Shown here in pieces: positions 1-11,800 of a DNA stretch of 64,000 nucleotides; the stretch's first letter is position 1, and each line of letters opens with the position of its first letter. The notes below the pieces were generated by a model. The model saw only the letters and a list, made by a program, of their open reading frames with translations. It was not told where the DNA came from and ran no database searches. Origin of the DNA: Octopus bimaculoides (lineage: Eukaryota); assembly GCF_001194135.2 (NCBI RefSeq), contig NC_068984.1, positions 71,503,946 to 71,567,945 of the forward strand, in the 5' to 3' direction. Position numbers and translations under genes: made by a program.

Positions 1-316
1 AAGATTAATCCCTGTTCACGGCGCAAACGGGAGTCCGGATGGCCCCTGTGCATGGACAGTCCAAACACCGACAGGTGTTGCCGCAAGGAGTGGCCGGCAG
101 AACGGAAGTGGCGTGACACCGGGGTGTCATTGCCGACGTTGATATCTCGGAGGTGTTCCGCGAATCGGTCGGCCAGGCGCCGCCCCGTTTGTCCGATGTA
201 CAGGGATTGGCAGAGAGAGCAGGAGAGGCAATATTGGGTGTGTGTTGCATCACAAATGTAAAATTTACTTCTGAGAGACATTGCTGCATGCAATCAAGCC
301 CTATGCATAGCACTCT

Positions 317-1225
317 GACATAGAGGATGCAGAAGCACACGTAACAAAGGATACCATATCGCGAAAAGACAAAAGGGAAAGGAGATATGGTGGGGTTGCA
401 GCATGCATCCGTGAAGACCTCATACCCCAGGTGTCACTGTCATGCTCAAATTCAGTATGTGACACTCTAATTGTATACACAAGGCAACACAATATTGTCA
501 CATGCAACATATATCGCCCACCGGATGCTCCAAATCAGATAGACAAGCTTAAATATTGACTCAAAAGAATTAAAGAAATTCTCATGAAACTGGAAAACCA
601 CGTGAGCGTATTCATAGGGGAGATATCAACTTCCCTAATGTCAAATGGTCCGAAGGCCTCATGCTCTCAGGAAGGACTCATTGCAAACAAGCACAGGTGG
701 TGTCTCTGCTCAACCTCACTAATGCCCTATTCATGGGGCAGGTTCTGCTCAGACTAACTAGGGCGAATATCATTTCGGATCTCTGCTTCCCGAATACTAC
801 GGTATGCGGTAATATATATCTGGAAAATCCTGGAAGCAATAGTGCCAAATTTTAACATTGAAAGCTGCACAAATGTCGTAATGGGTCGACACTGCAAAGT
901 GCCAAACATCTCAGCAATGCTATCGCGCTTCAGGACAAGTTAGTGCAACTACCTGAGTTTCAGAGGAGCACAGCTATTTAATGTTCTCCCAAAGAGCCTG
1001 AGGGACATACACAAACGGGATATATGTGTTTTCAAATCAAACTTTGACATCTTCTTGTCGAGAGTTCCACATGAACCTAACTCGTGGCAAGAGGTGCAAA
1101 TGAAGGTAGTGACAGCCACGGCCCTTATTCACCGAATGCCACATATTAGACGAGGTTCTCAATATTAGTAGTGTAGCAAAACGGCGGTGCCCCAACATTG
1201 ATGGAGCTCTGAGCTGAACTAGTAA
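317..1225 (+). mobile_element. CR1-like LINE remnant, internally deleted (APE endonuclease joined to the ORF2 C-terminus and 3' tail)
   Basis: Translation from 317 gives DIEDAEAH..RKDKRERRYGGVAACIRED..NIYRPPDAP, then GDINFPNVKW and QVLLRLTRANIISDLCFPN (APE motifs). From about 800 it reads RYAVIYIWKILEAIVPNF..LFNVLPKSLRD..FLSRVPHEP, matching the C-terminus of the copy at 1774-2770. It ends in a tail followed by (TA)n. Confidence 0.8.
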
Positions 1226-1236
1226 TATATATATAA

Positions 1237-1285
<49 letters not shown>

Positions 1286-1773
1286 CATACATAAATATGG
1301 TCACAGCTCTAAGCTGAAACTAGTCAACATATAGGGGATAATAGATAATAAANNNNNNNNNNNNNNNNNNNNNNNNNNNNNNNNNNNNNNNNNNNNNNNN
1401 NNNNNNNNNNNNNNNNNNNNNNNNNNNNNNNNNNNNNNNNNNNNNNNNNNNNNNNNNNNNNNNNNNNNNNNNNNNNNNNNNNNNNNNNNNNNNNNNNNNN
1501 NNNNNNNNNNNNNNNNNNNNNNNNNNNNNNNNNNNNNNNNNNNNNNNNNNNNNNNNNNNNNNNNNNNNNNNNNNNNNNNNNNNNNNNNNNNNNNNNNNNN
1601 NNNNNNNNNNNNNNNNNNNNNNNNNNNNNNNNNNNNNNNNNNNNNNNNNNNNNNNNNNNNNNNNNNNNNNNNNNNNNNNNNNNNNNNNNNNNNNNNNNNN
1701 NNNNNNNNNNNNNNNNNNNNNNNNNNNNNNNNNNNNNNNNNNNNNNNNNNNNNNNNNNNNNNNNNNNNNNNNN

Positions 1774-2770
1774 TATGTGGTACTTGGTGAAGAATGGAGT
1801 TTGATGTCGCTACCCTCATTTGCAACACTTGCCGTGAGGTAAGTTCATGTGGGACTCTCGAAAGGAAGAGGTCCCGATTTGATTTCAAAACATCTACATC
1901 CCCTTTGGTTTGGTCCCTCAGGCTCTTTGGCAGAATACTAAAAAGTCGTGGGCTCCTGAAATCGAAGATGTTGCACCAACTGGTCCTGAAGCGTGATAGA
2001 ATTGCTGGGATATTTTGCACTGTGCAGCGTCGAACCGCTCTGGCATCAGTGTAGCTTTAAATGCCAAAATTTGGCTCAATTCCTTCCAGGATCTTCCAGA
2101 TGAATATTGCTGCATACCTCTGCAGCCTTCGCTCCAGGAAGTACAGTCTTAGATGCTTCAGGCCTTCCCATTAGCTGAGCTGTTGCAATGAGTCGATCTT
2201 CTTTCTGAAACTTCGGTGGATTACTTCAAGGTCCGCCGTTAATGTTACACTGTTGGGTGAGCATAGCTGGGAACAGCAATCCAAGCGGCTGAGGACGAAT
2301 GTCCTCTAGAGGACCAACATGGTTTCCTTTTCTCTGTATCTGAACGTTCTCAGGATCCATCCAGCCTGTCACCTGAACTTTGTGGGCGTCCTGGTATTGT
2401 GCGCTTGTAAACAGGTATCCTCACTCATGTCGATATCCAGGTCCCTCACTGATTTAGGCTCTCAGATAGTAATCACCTTTGGACCAGACTACCCTGTAAG
2501 TTTCATATTCGGTTTTGTACGCTGGTAGTGCAGTTCGTGGATGTTTTTCTCATTAAATTGAATATTATTATCCCCAGCCCATCTGTAAATTGAGTCTAAC
2601 TCCTGCTGCAGGTGTGCATCATCGCTGCGGTTCTGTAGTTTATGCGTGACTTTTGTATCATCTGTGTAGCTAGGAAGGGTAGCTATGCGAGCAGTTGAGG
2701 GCATATCTGAGAGAGCCACTATGAAAACCAGTGACCCCAATATCGTGCCTTGTGGAACAACGTTCACTAT
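1774..2770 (-). mobile_element. CR1-like LINE, RT domain plus C-terminus, 5'-truncated and degenerate
   Basis: ORF 2489..2767 VPQGTILGSLVFIVALSDMP..SYTDDTKV..LQQELDSIYRWAGDNNIQFN (RT motifs PQG and YADD-like), continuing to RLFSILPKSLRD..LFLSRVPHE at the gap. Confidence 0.88.
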
Positions 2771-2944
2771 TTATGTTTTCATTGAGGTGGCTCCATTGGC
2801 CACAACTGCATGACGTGTATCTTTCAGAAAGATACACGTCATGTATATATATGCATTCACACATACACATGCACATACGCATGCGCACGCACACACATAC
2901 ACACATATAAATACACGGACGTATGCATGGATGCACACACGTGC

Positions 2945-3412
2945 GAATATAGTTAGATGGTTGTGATGTTCAAGTATGAGTATGAGTGAGGAGTTAGATA
3001 GTGGTTAGAAGTTAAAATATAGATTTATACGGTCATAGGGATTACCAAAGGTGTATTGTGGAAATGTACTGTATGGTCAGTTTGGCATTTGGATTTGAGG
3101 TAGAATTTGAATGTGTGGAAAAAGCGGTGATTACATGTATTTAGGGCATTATTATGTATATTTAGCAGGCTGAGCGTTGATCTCGGTAGCGAGGCCGTGA
3201 GTCCAGTATGGGCCATGATAGAGTATAAGAAATATTTGTATTTCTGAGATGATCTATGTGGTTGGTGAATGTTGTAGATTTACTATGTTTATCGTATCTA
3301 AAGGAGTGGATGTGAGCGGCATATCGTTGCTTAAAAGGTTTAGTTGATCCTATGTATATGGCTGTAGAGGTGTGTAATAGATTAAGGACAGTGAATTTGT
3401 AAATTACATTAT
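2945..3412 (-). mobile_element. Penelope-like element remnant, GIY-YIG endonuclease
   Basis: Minus-strand translation NVIYKFTVLNLLHTSTAIYIGSTKPFKQRYAAHIHSFRYDKHSKSTTFTNHIDHLRNTNISYTLSWPILDSRPRY (VIY..YIG, R..H, W.IL..PY pattern of PLE endonucleases). Confidence 0.75.
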
Positions 3413-4500
3413 ATCTTCTTCAATGATGCTAAGGTATTCGAAAGATCACAACATCCGAGAAAACCCTCCAAAAGTACGAACAGGGAGGAAATGGAAAGCG
3501 GAAGAAGCAATAAACAAGCAATCGGAAAAGTAAGGCATGCTGATATAGTCGGAGCGACGCAAAAAGCAAGAGCCGGCTTAGGGTTGTACAGTTTGAAGCC
3601 ATTTTGCATGAGCAGTGTAAATGAGATGAAAGAGGCAGTGGTACAAGAAGTGAGAAAGGAGGTAGAAGGAAGGCGAAATGTACATTTGGTGCGATGTAGT
3701 CAACAGAGACAGTGTCTGAGATGGGAGGAATACGTGGTCTCTCGTAGAATCTCATGGAAGGAACTTTGGGCTTAGCAACAAGCGTGGACATCTTTCCTAA
3801 TCAAGTCTACTTTCGACGTTTTACCTTCATCAGGCCAATTTAGTCCGGTGGAACATACAAATAACTGATGAATGTAGATACAGAGAGAAAGCGACGGTGA
3901 GACATGTTCTGACAAACTGCAGCCTAGTACTAGACATATATACATGGCGTCACAATCGCTTGATGTCATAAGTGCAGCACTCAAGGAGAAGATCGAGGAG
4001 TATAATAGAGGAGAGTACCAAAAAGTGGGAAAGTGCAGGAAGATATATTTCCAGTAGAGAAAACGAAATAAGACCAGGCCTTCAAATGAAGTATACGATA
4101 CAGACGAACGATGGAAGGGATACTGGGAGCTGGCCGTGAATTTAGAAAGACTGTTAATATTTCCACTCATAAAGATAACAAAAAAGACCGAACTTAATCG
4201 TACAGATCACAAAACAGAGAATTGGAATTTTGCTAGATCTGACAGTGCTATGGAAAGAGAACATCGCTAATGCAGAGCAACGGACGGAGGAGAGGTAACA
4301 AAGATTACTCGAAGAGCGTGGAGAACAGGGATGGACTGTCGAGCATTACCACATGGTAATAGGGGCTAGAGGCTTCAGTGAAAGGAAAATGGCGATTTAC
4401 ATTTTCGAGCTCAGAGCTGCGAAAAGTAATGACGATACAGGAGGCAGTCGACAAAGCCATATTCTATATATGGCTGAAAAGAGAAGACCCAAAAGCCATA
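3413..4500 (+). mobile_element. HERO-like (RLE-type) non-LTR retrotransposon, 3' part, frameshifted
   Basis: Peptides VRTGRKWKAEEA, RHADIVGATQKARAGLG, SFLIKSTFDVLPS..NLVRW, zinc-finger remnant RHVLTNCSL..YTWRHN, and RLE region DLTVLWKENIANAEQR..GWTVEHYHMVIGARGF. Confidence 0.75.
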
Positions 4501-7292
4501 ACATGCCGTCTGAGAAATAGCGTCACTCTCTCAGCAGTATTGCTATATGACAGGTGAGCCAAGGTAGCGATCTCGCTCATTGCTCGCCCTCCTCCTGGTT
4601 CGAAGGCTTGTACCACCAACCAGCAGGTCGGCTCTGGTTGCTGGAACTGAAACTAACATGTCACTATTGGAAGGTAGGTTTAGAGAGAGTGCGGAACAAA
4701 ACAACGCGTCCTTCCCCTACATCGGCCAGTTGAAGCTTATATAGTGTCACGTGACAGTTAGTTGGTACTGGCAGCTAGAACCTGCCGGCGAGTATTTAAA
4801 GGGGAATTTGGCAGGAGGCTCGTTCTCCCACTGACATTCGTTGAAGCTGCATCAATAAAAAGTACAAAAGGAAAAAAAGAGAAAGAAAAAACGCACTCAA
4901 CAGAAAGCTGAAGACACCACCGAAGGTAGTGGGGCCACACTTCGAAAACGGTAGAGGATTAGAGGCCGAAACCAGACGTGGTTCCTCCTGAGGATCCTAT
5001 GAAGGAGCTGTTGAGGTAGCGAACCACAAAACCTGGTTAGAATACCTTCATATTTTCTAAACTATTGACGATATTTATGAATTGGTACATTCTAAGTTGT
5101 TATAATTTTCCAAATATTAGATGTTTTTAGTACATCATATTTAGTAACTGGCCTCTTGATACCTTGAGTCTATACTTTCTTATGTAATGAAGGGTGTGGA
5201 CATGTGAATTCAAATACTGATGAGCTTGAAATTTCTCTATTGACTTTAGATCAAAGGAGAGATGACTTATTACTTTTATCTGTGTTATATCAGTCACCAC
5301 TTCTTAGTTATGAGAAATCCGCGCTTACCTCTTCACTAAAGGCATTTAACTTCAATATTGATATATATATATATATTGTTTAAACCAGTATCCTTCATAA
5401 TATCATTTAAGCTATCACTCAGGCGTGACTGTACATAATTTACCTTAACTGAAATCCGATATAGGATCTTTCTATGATATACCGGCGAAGACTATTCACC
5501 ATATACTTGTCATAATGATGTTGTCAAGATTAATCACAAGTAAATATAGGAACGTAAAATGTGTGACTATAAAAGATGCAAAGATATACAACGAAACAAA
5601 TGATGCAATTGCCGAGAGTTGAACGTGGAAATAAAAAAAAATTTAAAATATATATATATATATATATATANNNNNNNNNNNNNNNNNNNNNNNNNNNNNN
5701 NNNNNNNNNNNNNNNNNNNNNNNNNNNNNNNNNNNNNNNNNNNNNNNNNNNNNNNNNNNNNNNNNNNNNNNNNNNNNNNNNNNNNNNNNNNNNNNNNNNN
5801 NNNNNNNNNNNNNNNNNNNNNNNNNNNNNNNNNNNNNNNNNNNNNNNNNNNNNNNNNNNNNNNNNNNNNNNNNNNNNNNNNNNNNNNNNNNNNNNNNNNN
5901 NNNNNNNNNNNNNNNNNNNNNNNNNNNNNNNNNNNNNNNNNNNNNNNNNNNNNNNNNNNNNNNNNNNNNNNNNNNNNNNNNNNNNNNNNNNNNNNNNNNN
6001 NNNNNNNNNNNNNNNNNNNNNNNNNNNNNNNNNNNNNNNNNNNNNNNNNNNNNNNNNNNNNNNNNNNNNNNNNNNNNNNNNNNNNNNNNNNNNNNNNNNN
6101 NNNNNNNNNNNNNNNNNNNNNNNNNNNNNNNNNNNNNNNNNNNNNNNNNNNNNNNNNNNNNNNNNNNNNNNNNNNNNNNNNNNNNNNNNNNNNNNNNNNN
6201 NNNNNNNNNNNNNNNNNNNNNNNNNNNNNNNNNNNNNNNNNNNNNNNNNNNNNNNNNNNNNNNNNNNNNNNNNNNNNNNNNNNNNNNNNNNNNNNNNNNN
6301 NNNNNNNNNNNNNNNNNNNNNNNNNNNNNNNNNNNNNNNNNNNNNNNNNNNNNNNNNNNNNNNNNNNNNNNNNNNNNNNNNNNNNNNNNNNNNNNNNNNN
6401 NNNNNNNNNNNNNNNNNNNNNNNNNNNNNNNNNNNNNNNNNNNNNNNNNNNNNNNNNNATATATATATGGTAGGGTATGTTAGTGCATGCCTGTGTACAG
6501 ACAGACACACCTACACATGTTGATAATGAAAAATTATCGATTATGATAAATTAGTAATTGTGATAAAATGATTTGAAAAGTTATAGAGAACAAAACCAAT
6601 AAGATAAAATATTTAATAAGACAACAATTGAAATTATGCGAAAGATCTAACAAAAGAAAACCACGAAATCTGGACAGTTGCCACAAAATAAATAGTATGT
6701 ATGATTGGCTGGCATTGTGTAGTAGCAATGTAATGTAATATAATGTATACTTAGATATGTGCAAAAGTATAAATATTTATACTTTTGCAGCTGATCAATT
6801 TGTATAAATGAACTGTTGTCTCGTTGCACCATCAATGTCTTTCTTAATACGAAGGAAATATAACAAACAAATACAAGAATGAGGAATGAGAGAAGGAATG
6901 AACTGCGTATAGGAAGTAGCCTGTATTAAATTTAAAAAATAATTAATTAGTTTGTGTCCGAGAGAGAAAGTAAGTGAAAAAGAAGTGTCAGATAATAAAA
7001 AATCCGCAAAGGGTTATGCATGAAGAAAAAACCCCAACAACATACTGATATTGTATATACGATATACATAGAATCTTTTTTATTATTGATAGCAGTATTA
7101 TATGGTTGCTTTATACGAAGTATTTTACCTTCCTTTTAGTTACATTTCGTACGACATATTTTTTAAATTCTAATTTCCTTCTGTCTGCTCTCTTAACTTC
7201 AAAAAGGATTTCTTATCTAAGTCAAAACGATTTTCATAATAAGAATATGAAACAGTGCAAATGAGTAAACATTCCAGTATTAAGAATTCTGA

Positions 7293-7503
7293 AGGCAGCA
7301 AGCTGGGAGAATCGTTAGCACGCCGGTCGCAATGTTTTTCCAAATTTCCTCCTCCTTTGCTTTCTGAGTTAAAATTCATCTGAGATTGACTTTGCCTTCC
7401 ATTCTTTCTGGCTCGATAAAATAACAACGAGTTGAAAACTGAAGTCAATGTAATCGGCTGGCTCCTCTCTTGAACATATTGGCCTAGTTCCAAAATTTGA
7501 AAC
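7293..7503 (+). mobile_element. tRNA-derived SINE, family A (diverged)
   Basis: Head GGCAGCAAGCTGGGAGAATCGTTAGCACGCCGG, TTCTGAGTTAAAATTC B-box region and body similar to copies at 8858, 15816 and 13538/15226. Confidence 0.75.
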
Positions 7504-8857
7504 CAATTTTGAGAATTTATAGTAATTCATTGGAAACATTCTCACATACAGGCTTCACCCTCATGTATTTAACTTGAAATTAGTGTAGTGAGACACAAAT
7601 ATATTCAATGAACAAACAGGGTTTGAGTATGAATTAAGTGCTTGACATAAAAAAGCAGTAACATTTCAGAGGAAAACGTATCCAATAATCCATCAAATGT
7701 TTCGGTAACGTAATACCAAAGCCCCATGAAATGCTGAAGCTCTGTGTTGCCAAAGCTTGTTTTATTATCTGTTGTTAAAATCAAATCATGCCATAAAATG
7801 GTTATTACCCTCTCAGACAAGGAGATTAACCCGAGACTTCAAACATAATTTTGTCATAGTGTACATGAAATCATCCAAATGATTGTCGTCACAACACCAT
7901 TATACTTGGTGTTGGAAAACTAACATAGGCATAATGAAAGAAGTATTAAACATGTTGAGAATTCTATACATTAAATGACAGGCTTCATTTACTGGGATTG
8001 CCGTTGCACGCAAACGGATGACATCTGGGAATATCGCAATTGTGATTTTCATATATACGTGGGAACACAAGGTTAAATTATCACTAATTGGACGATGATG
8101 CAACAAACGTGTGTGCTTATCACAAGAAATTATAACTTCCAGGGACACGCGACGAGAAATTGTTGATGTAGATTTTAAATATCTTTTCATAACTTAGTTT
8201 TAATGAATAATATTCCTCTCATATATAAAAAGGAACAACGTATACATTTATTAGATTTGAAGCTTAATAAATGAGATGGAATTGAGGACGTACACTTGCT
8301 GAACACCATGTATTATAAGTAAGGACTTAGAATTACAGTCAACTATTGTAATTTCATTAATTCGTTGGCCACTATGTCTATAACGCTAACATTTCTACAT
8401 CCTTTTCTCTGTCTCACGCTAATGTAGGACTCTTTCTGTAAATGTCATGGTAATTGACATGTTTATGCATTTGTCACTATAAAATTTGATTTTTGTCAAT
8501 TTTCCCGCATATTTTATTATCTTTCTTTCCTAACTTGAATATATATTCCAACTTGTATTTTGCATACCAAGAGTTTTAAGATATCTGATTGAGAATTTGT
8601 GATTACCCTTGCACTTGAATACTGTTTCTAAGCATTTATCAAATATATTGTTTATTTTTTTTCATTTAACCCTTAAGCCTGGATGAATTCTTTGTAACTC
8701 ATTTTGCAGACACTTGACAGAGGATTGCCCACGTCTAAAAATGTCTCCAATCTGAAAAATGCAATTATCTAACAGCAATCTCCTTTTAAAATGTATATGA
8801 TTGCAACATGGCATTATATATTCATAATTGCGTGTGTTTATAATAAAAATATATTCC

Positions 8858-9030
8858 AGGCGGTAAGCAGGAAGAATCGTTAGCATGCCGGGCAAAATGG
8901 TTGGAGGCATTTCGTTTGTCTTTACTTTTGGAGCTCAATTTCCACCGAGGTCTACTTTGCATTTAAGTCTCTTCTGGGTCGATAAAATAAGTACCAGTTG
9001 TGCACTGGGGTTTATGCCAAAATTTGAAAC
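8858..9030 (+). mobile_element. tRNA-derived SINE, family A
   Basis: AGAATCGTTAGCATGCCGGGCAAAATG..CCGAGGTCTACTTTGC..GGGTCGATAAAATAAGTACCAGTTG; aligns by eye with the other family A copies. Confidence 0.75.
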
Positions 9031-9860
9031 GAATAATTATATATGTGCTTAATATATGTGTGTGCGATCTATGTATGTATATATATATATATATNNNNNN
9101 NNNNNNNNNNNNNNNNNNNNNNNNNNNNNNNNNNNNNNNNNNNNNNNNNNNNNNNNNNNNNNNNNNNNNNNNNNNNNNNNNNNNNNNNNNNNNNNNNNNN
9201 NNNNNNNNNNNNNNNNNNNNNNNNNNNNNNNNNNNNNNNNNNNNNNNNNNNNNNNNNNNNNNNNNNNNNNNNNNNNNNNNNNNNNNNNNNNNNNNNNNNN
9301 NNNNNNNNNNNNNNNNNNNNNNNNNNNNNNNNNNNNNNNNNNNNNNNNNNNNNNNNNNNNNNNNNNNNNNNNNNNNNNNNNNNNNNNNNNNNNNNNNNNN
9401 NNNNNNNNNNNNNNNNNNNNNNNNNNNNNNNNNNNNNNNNNNNNNNNNNNNNNNNNNNNNNNNNNNNNNNNNNNNNNNNNNNNNNNNNNNNNNNNNNNNN
9501 NNNNNNNNNNNNNNNNNNNNNNNNNNNNNNNNNNNNNNNNNNNNNNNNNNNNNNNNNNNNNNNNNNNNNNNNNNNNNNNNNNNNNNNNNNNNNNNNNNNN
9601 NNNNNNNNNNNNNNNNNNNNNNNNNNNNNNNNNNNNNNNNNNNNNNNNNNNNNNNNNNNNNNNNNNNNNNNNNNNNNNNNNNNNNNNNNNNNNNNNNNNN
9701 NNNNNNNNNNNNNNNNNNNNNNNNNNNNNNNNNNNNNNNNNNNNNNNNNNNNNNNNNNNNNNNNNNNNNNNNNNNNNNNNNNNNNNNNNNNNNNNNNNNN
9801 NNNNNNNNNNNNNNNNNNNNNNNNNNNNNNNNNNNNNNNNNNNNNNNNNNNNNNNNNNNN

Positions 9861-10800
9861 NAACATGTTATCCAAATTCTGGAAGAAGTAGTGGTCAGTG
9901 GGGCCAAGATCAGGTGAGTATGGTAGAAGATGGAGAACTTCAAATTCCAAACCATGTCATTTGGTCAATGTTATTTTTGCGATGTTCGGTCTGGCGTTGT
10001 CTTGCAATAAAATAGGAGTGAATCCGTTGACTAATCTAGGCGGTTTGTTTGTGAGTTTCTGCATGATTCGGTCCATTTGGCTGCAGTATACTTCCACCGT
10101 AATTGATGAGCTAGGTTTGATGAGATCATGAGAGATTGTAGTTGCTCCAGAACACCAAATACACACCACCATCAGCTTCTTTTGATGAATTTTGCTTTTT
10201 GGACTGTGTTTTATTGGCTCGTCCTTGTCCAACCAGTGTGCTGAACGTTTACGGTTGTTATATTGCATCCATTTCTCATCACGTTATACAATTTGATTAA
10301 AAAAATGATTCATTTTTGTGACGAAAAGTAGCATAATGCAGGCTCCCAAACGTTGCTGTTTCTGATTTTCATTGAGTTCATGTGGAACCCACTTAACCAA
10401 TTTTTTCACTTTACCGATTTGAACTAGGTCACTCAATATTGTTTACTTGCTAACACCAAACAACGACAATAATTCACGGGCACTTTGAGATGGATTGAAC
10501 CTCGAAAGTGGCTTTCAGTTCGTCATTGTTCACCTTTGCTTCTGGTCGACCAGTGTTGCTCATTTGTGAGGTCAAAGTTACCAGGACGAAATTTTGCAAA
10601 ACAATTTGATACTGTCTGCTGTTTAATAACATTAGAACGAAATACACCATTAATATTCCGAGCTGTATGTGATGCTGTATTTCCAAGAAAGAACTCATAT
10701 TTCAAAACTGTACGAATATCCGACTTATTCATATCTAAACAAAAATAGCAAAAATTTAAAAAAAAACGATTTATAATTATTCTATAAATCATAAAATGAG
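9861..10800 (-). mobile_element. mariner transposon remnant (Hsmar1/cecropia-like)
   Basis: MNKSDIRTVLKYEFFLGNTASHTARNIN (HTH), RKRSAHWLDKDE..HQKKLMV..ILLQDNARP, and EVLHLLPYSPDLGPTDHYFF (YSPDL motif); several frameshifts; the 3' end runs into a gap. Confidence 0.9.
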
Positions 10801-11769
10801 TTAGAATAAAGAAATAGATGTGTCAGATTTCTAACAAAAAAAGCATTGTCTAAATATAATAATGGCACAAAACGAGCAGCTGACAAAGTTTACCATATTC
10901 CTTACTACAAATTTCATACTTGCCGACTTTATACAGACACACACATACACCCCCCCCCCNNNNNNNNNNNNNNNNNNNNNNNNNNNNNNNNNNNNNNNNN
11001 NNNNNNNNNNNNNNNNNNNNNNNNNNNNNNNNNNNNNNNNNNNNNNNNNNNNNNNNNCACACACACACACACACACACACACTTATATATATGATATGAT
11101 TCTGATCACGTACTTCCACATGTGTAGCTACGATATAAGATAATATCACCGATCAACTACTTTTCTGTATATATTTGGCGACAATCCACTAATGGAGTTA
11201 AAGGAACACGCTGTCAATTTATATGTGAATGTTTCCTTCCTTGTTGACGTACGTGTGTATCTCTTCAATTCCTTGTTTGTCAGCATACAGACGTATGTGT
11301 GCAAGTTAGATAGAAACGGTGAATCTAAAATAAATCAAAGCGAAATTTCTTCTTTAATGTTTTATGACACTGAATTCTTTTCGTCCTCTTTTTTTTTTAT
11401 CTGGTTTCAATTATGAGCTAAAATATTTCATTAAGTATATTGCTTGAGTAGTTATTTTGTGTAGTATAGATTTGCATAAATTGCCAACAAATAATACAAA
11501 GACACGGCAACTTAATATAAATACATTTGAACAAACCTATCCTTGTGTAAAAACAATTGAGATATTAACTTCCATTGTGATTTTAAAATATTTAAAAAAC
11601 TCATTAATATTTATATTTTGTTTAAATTTTCAGCATTATGTTTTAATATCTTTAGTTAATTTCATATTTTATTTTAGAATATAATCTCATATTTTTATTT
11701 TTATATTAGTTTTAAATAATATTTTATTTATGATTATCATCATTATCATCATCATCTTCAGTATTGTTA

Positions 11770-11800
<31 letters not shown>

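Noticed and set aside
5217-5231. CTGATGAGCTTGAAA, a perfect hammerhead core
   Set aside because: No room for stem II and no stem I or III complementarity.
5530-6523. Long ORFs of 200-360 aa in the track here and at 1301, 8963, 22956, 31363, 39608, 43947 and 45844
   Set aside because: They consist of X from N gaps plus microsatellite translations; they are artefacts.
7600-8190. Two minus-strand ORFs (71 and 96 aa)
   Set aside because: No recognisable motifs or convincing splice sites.
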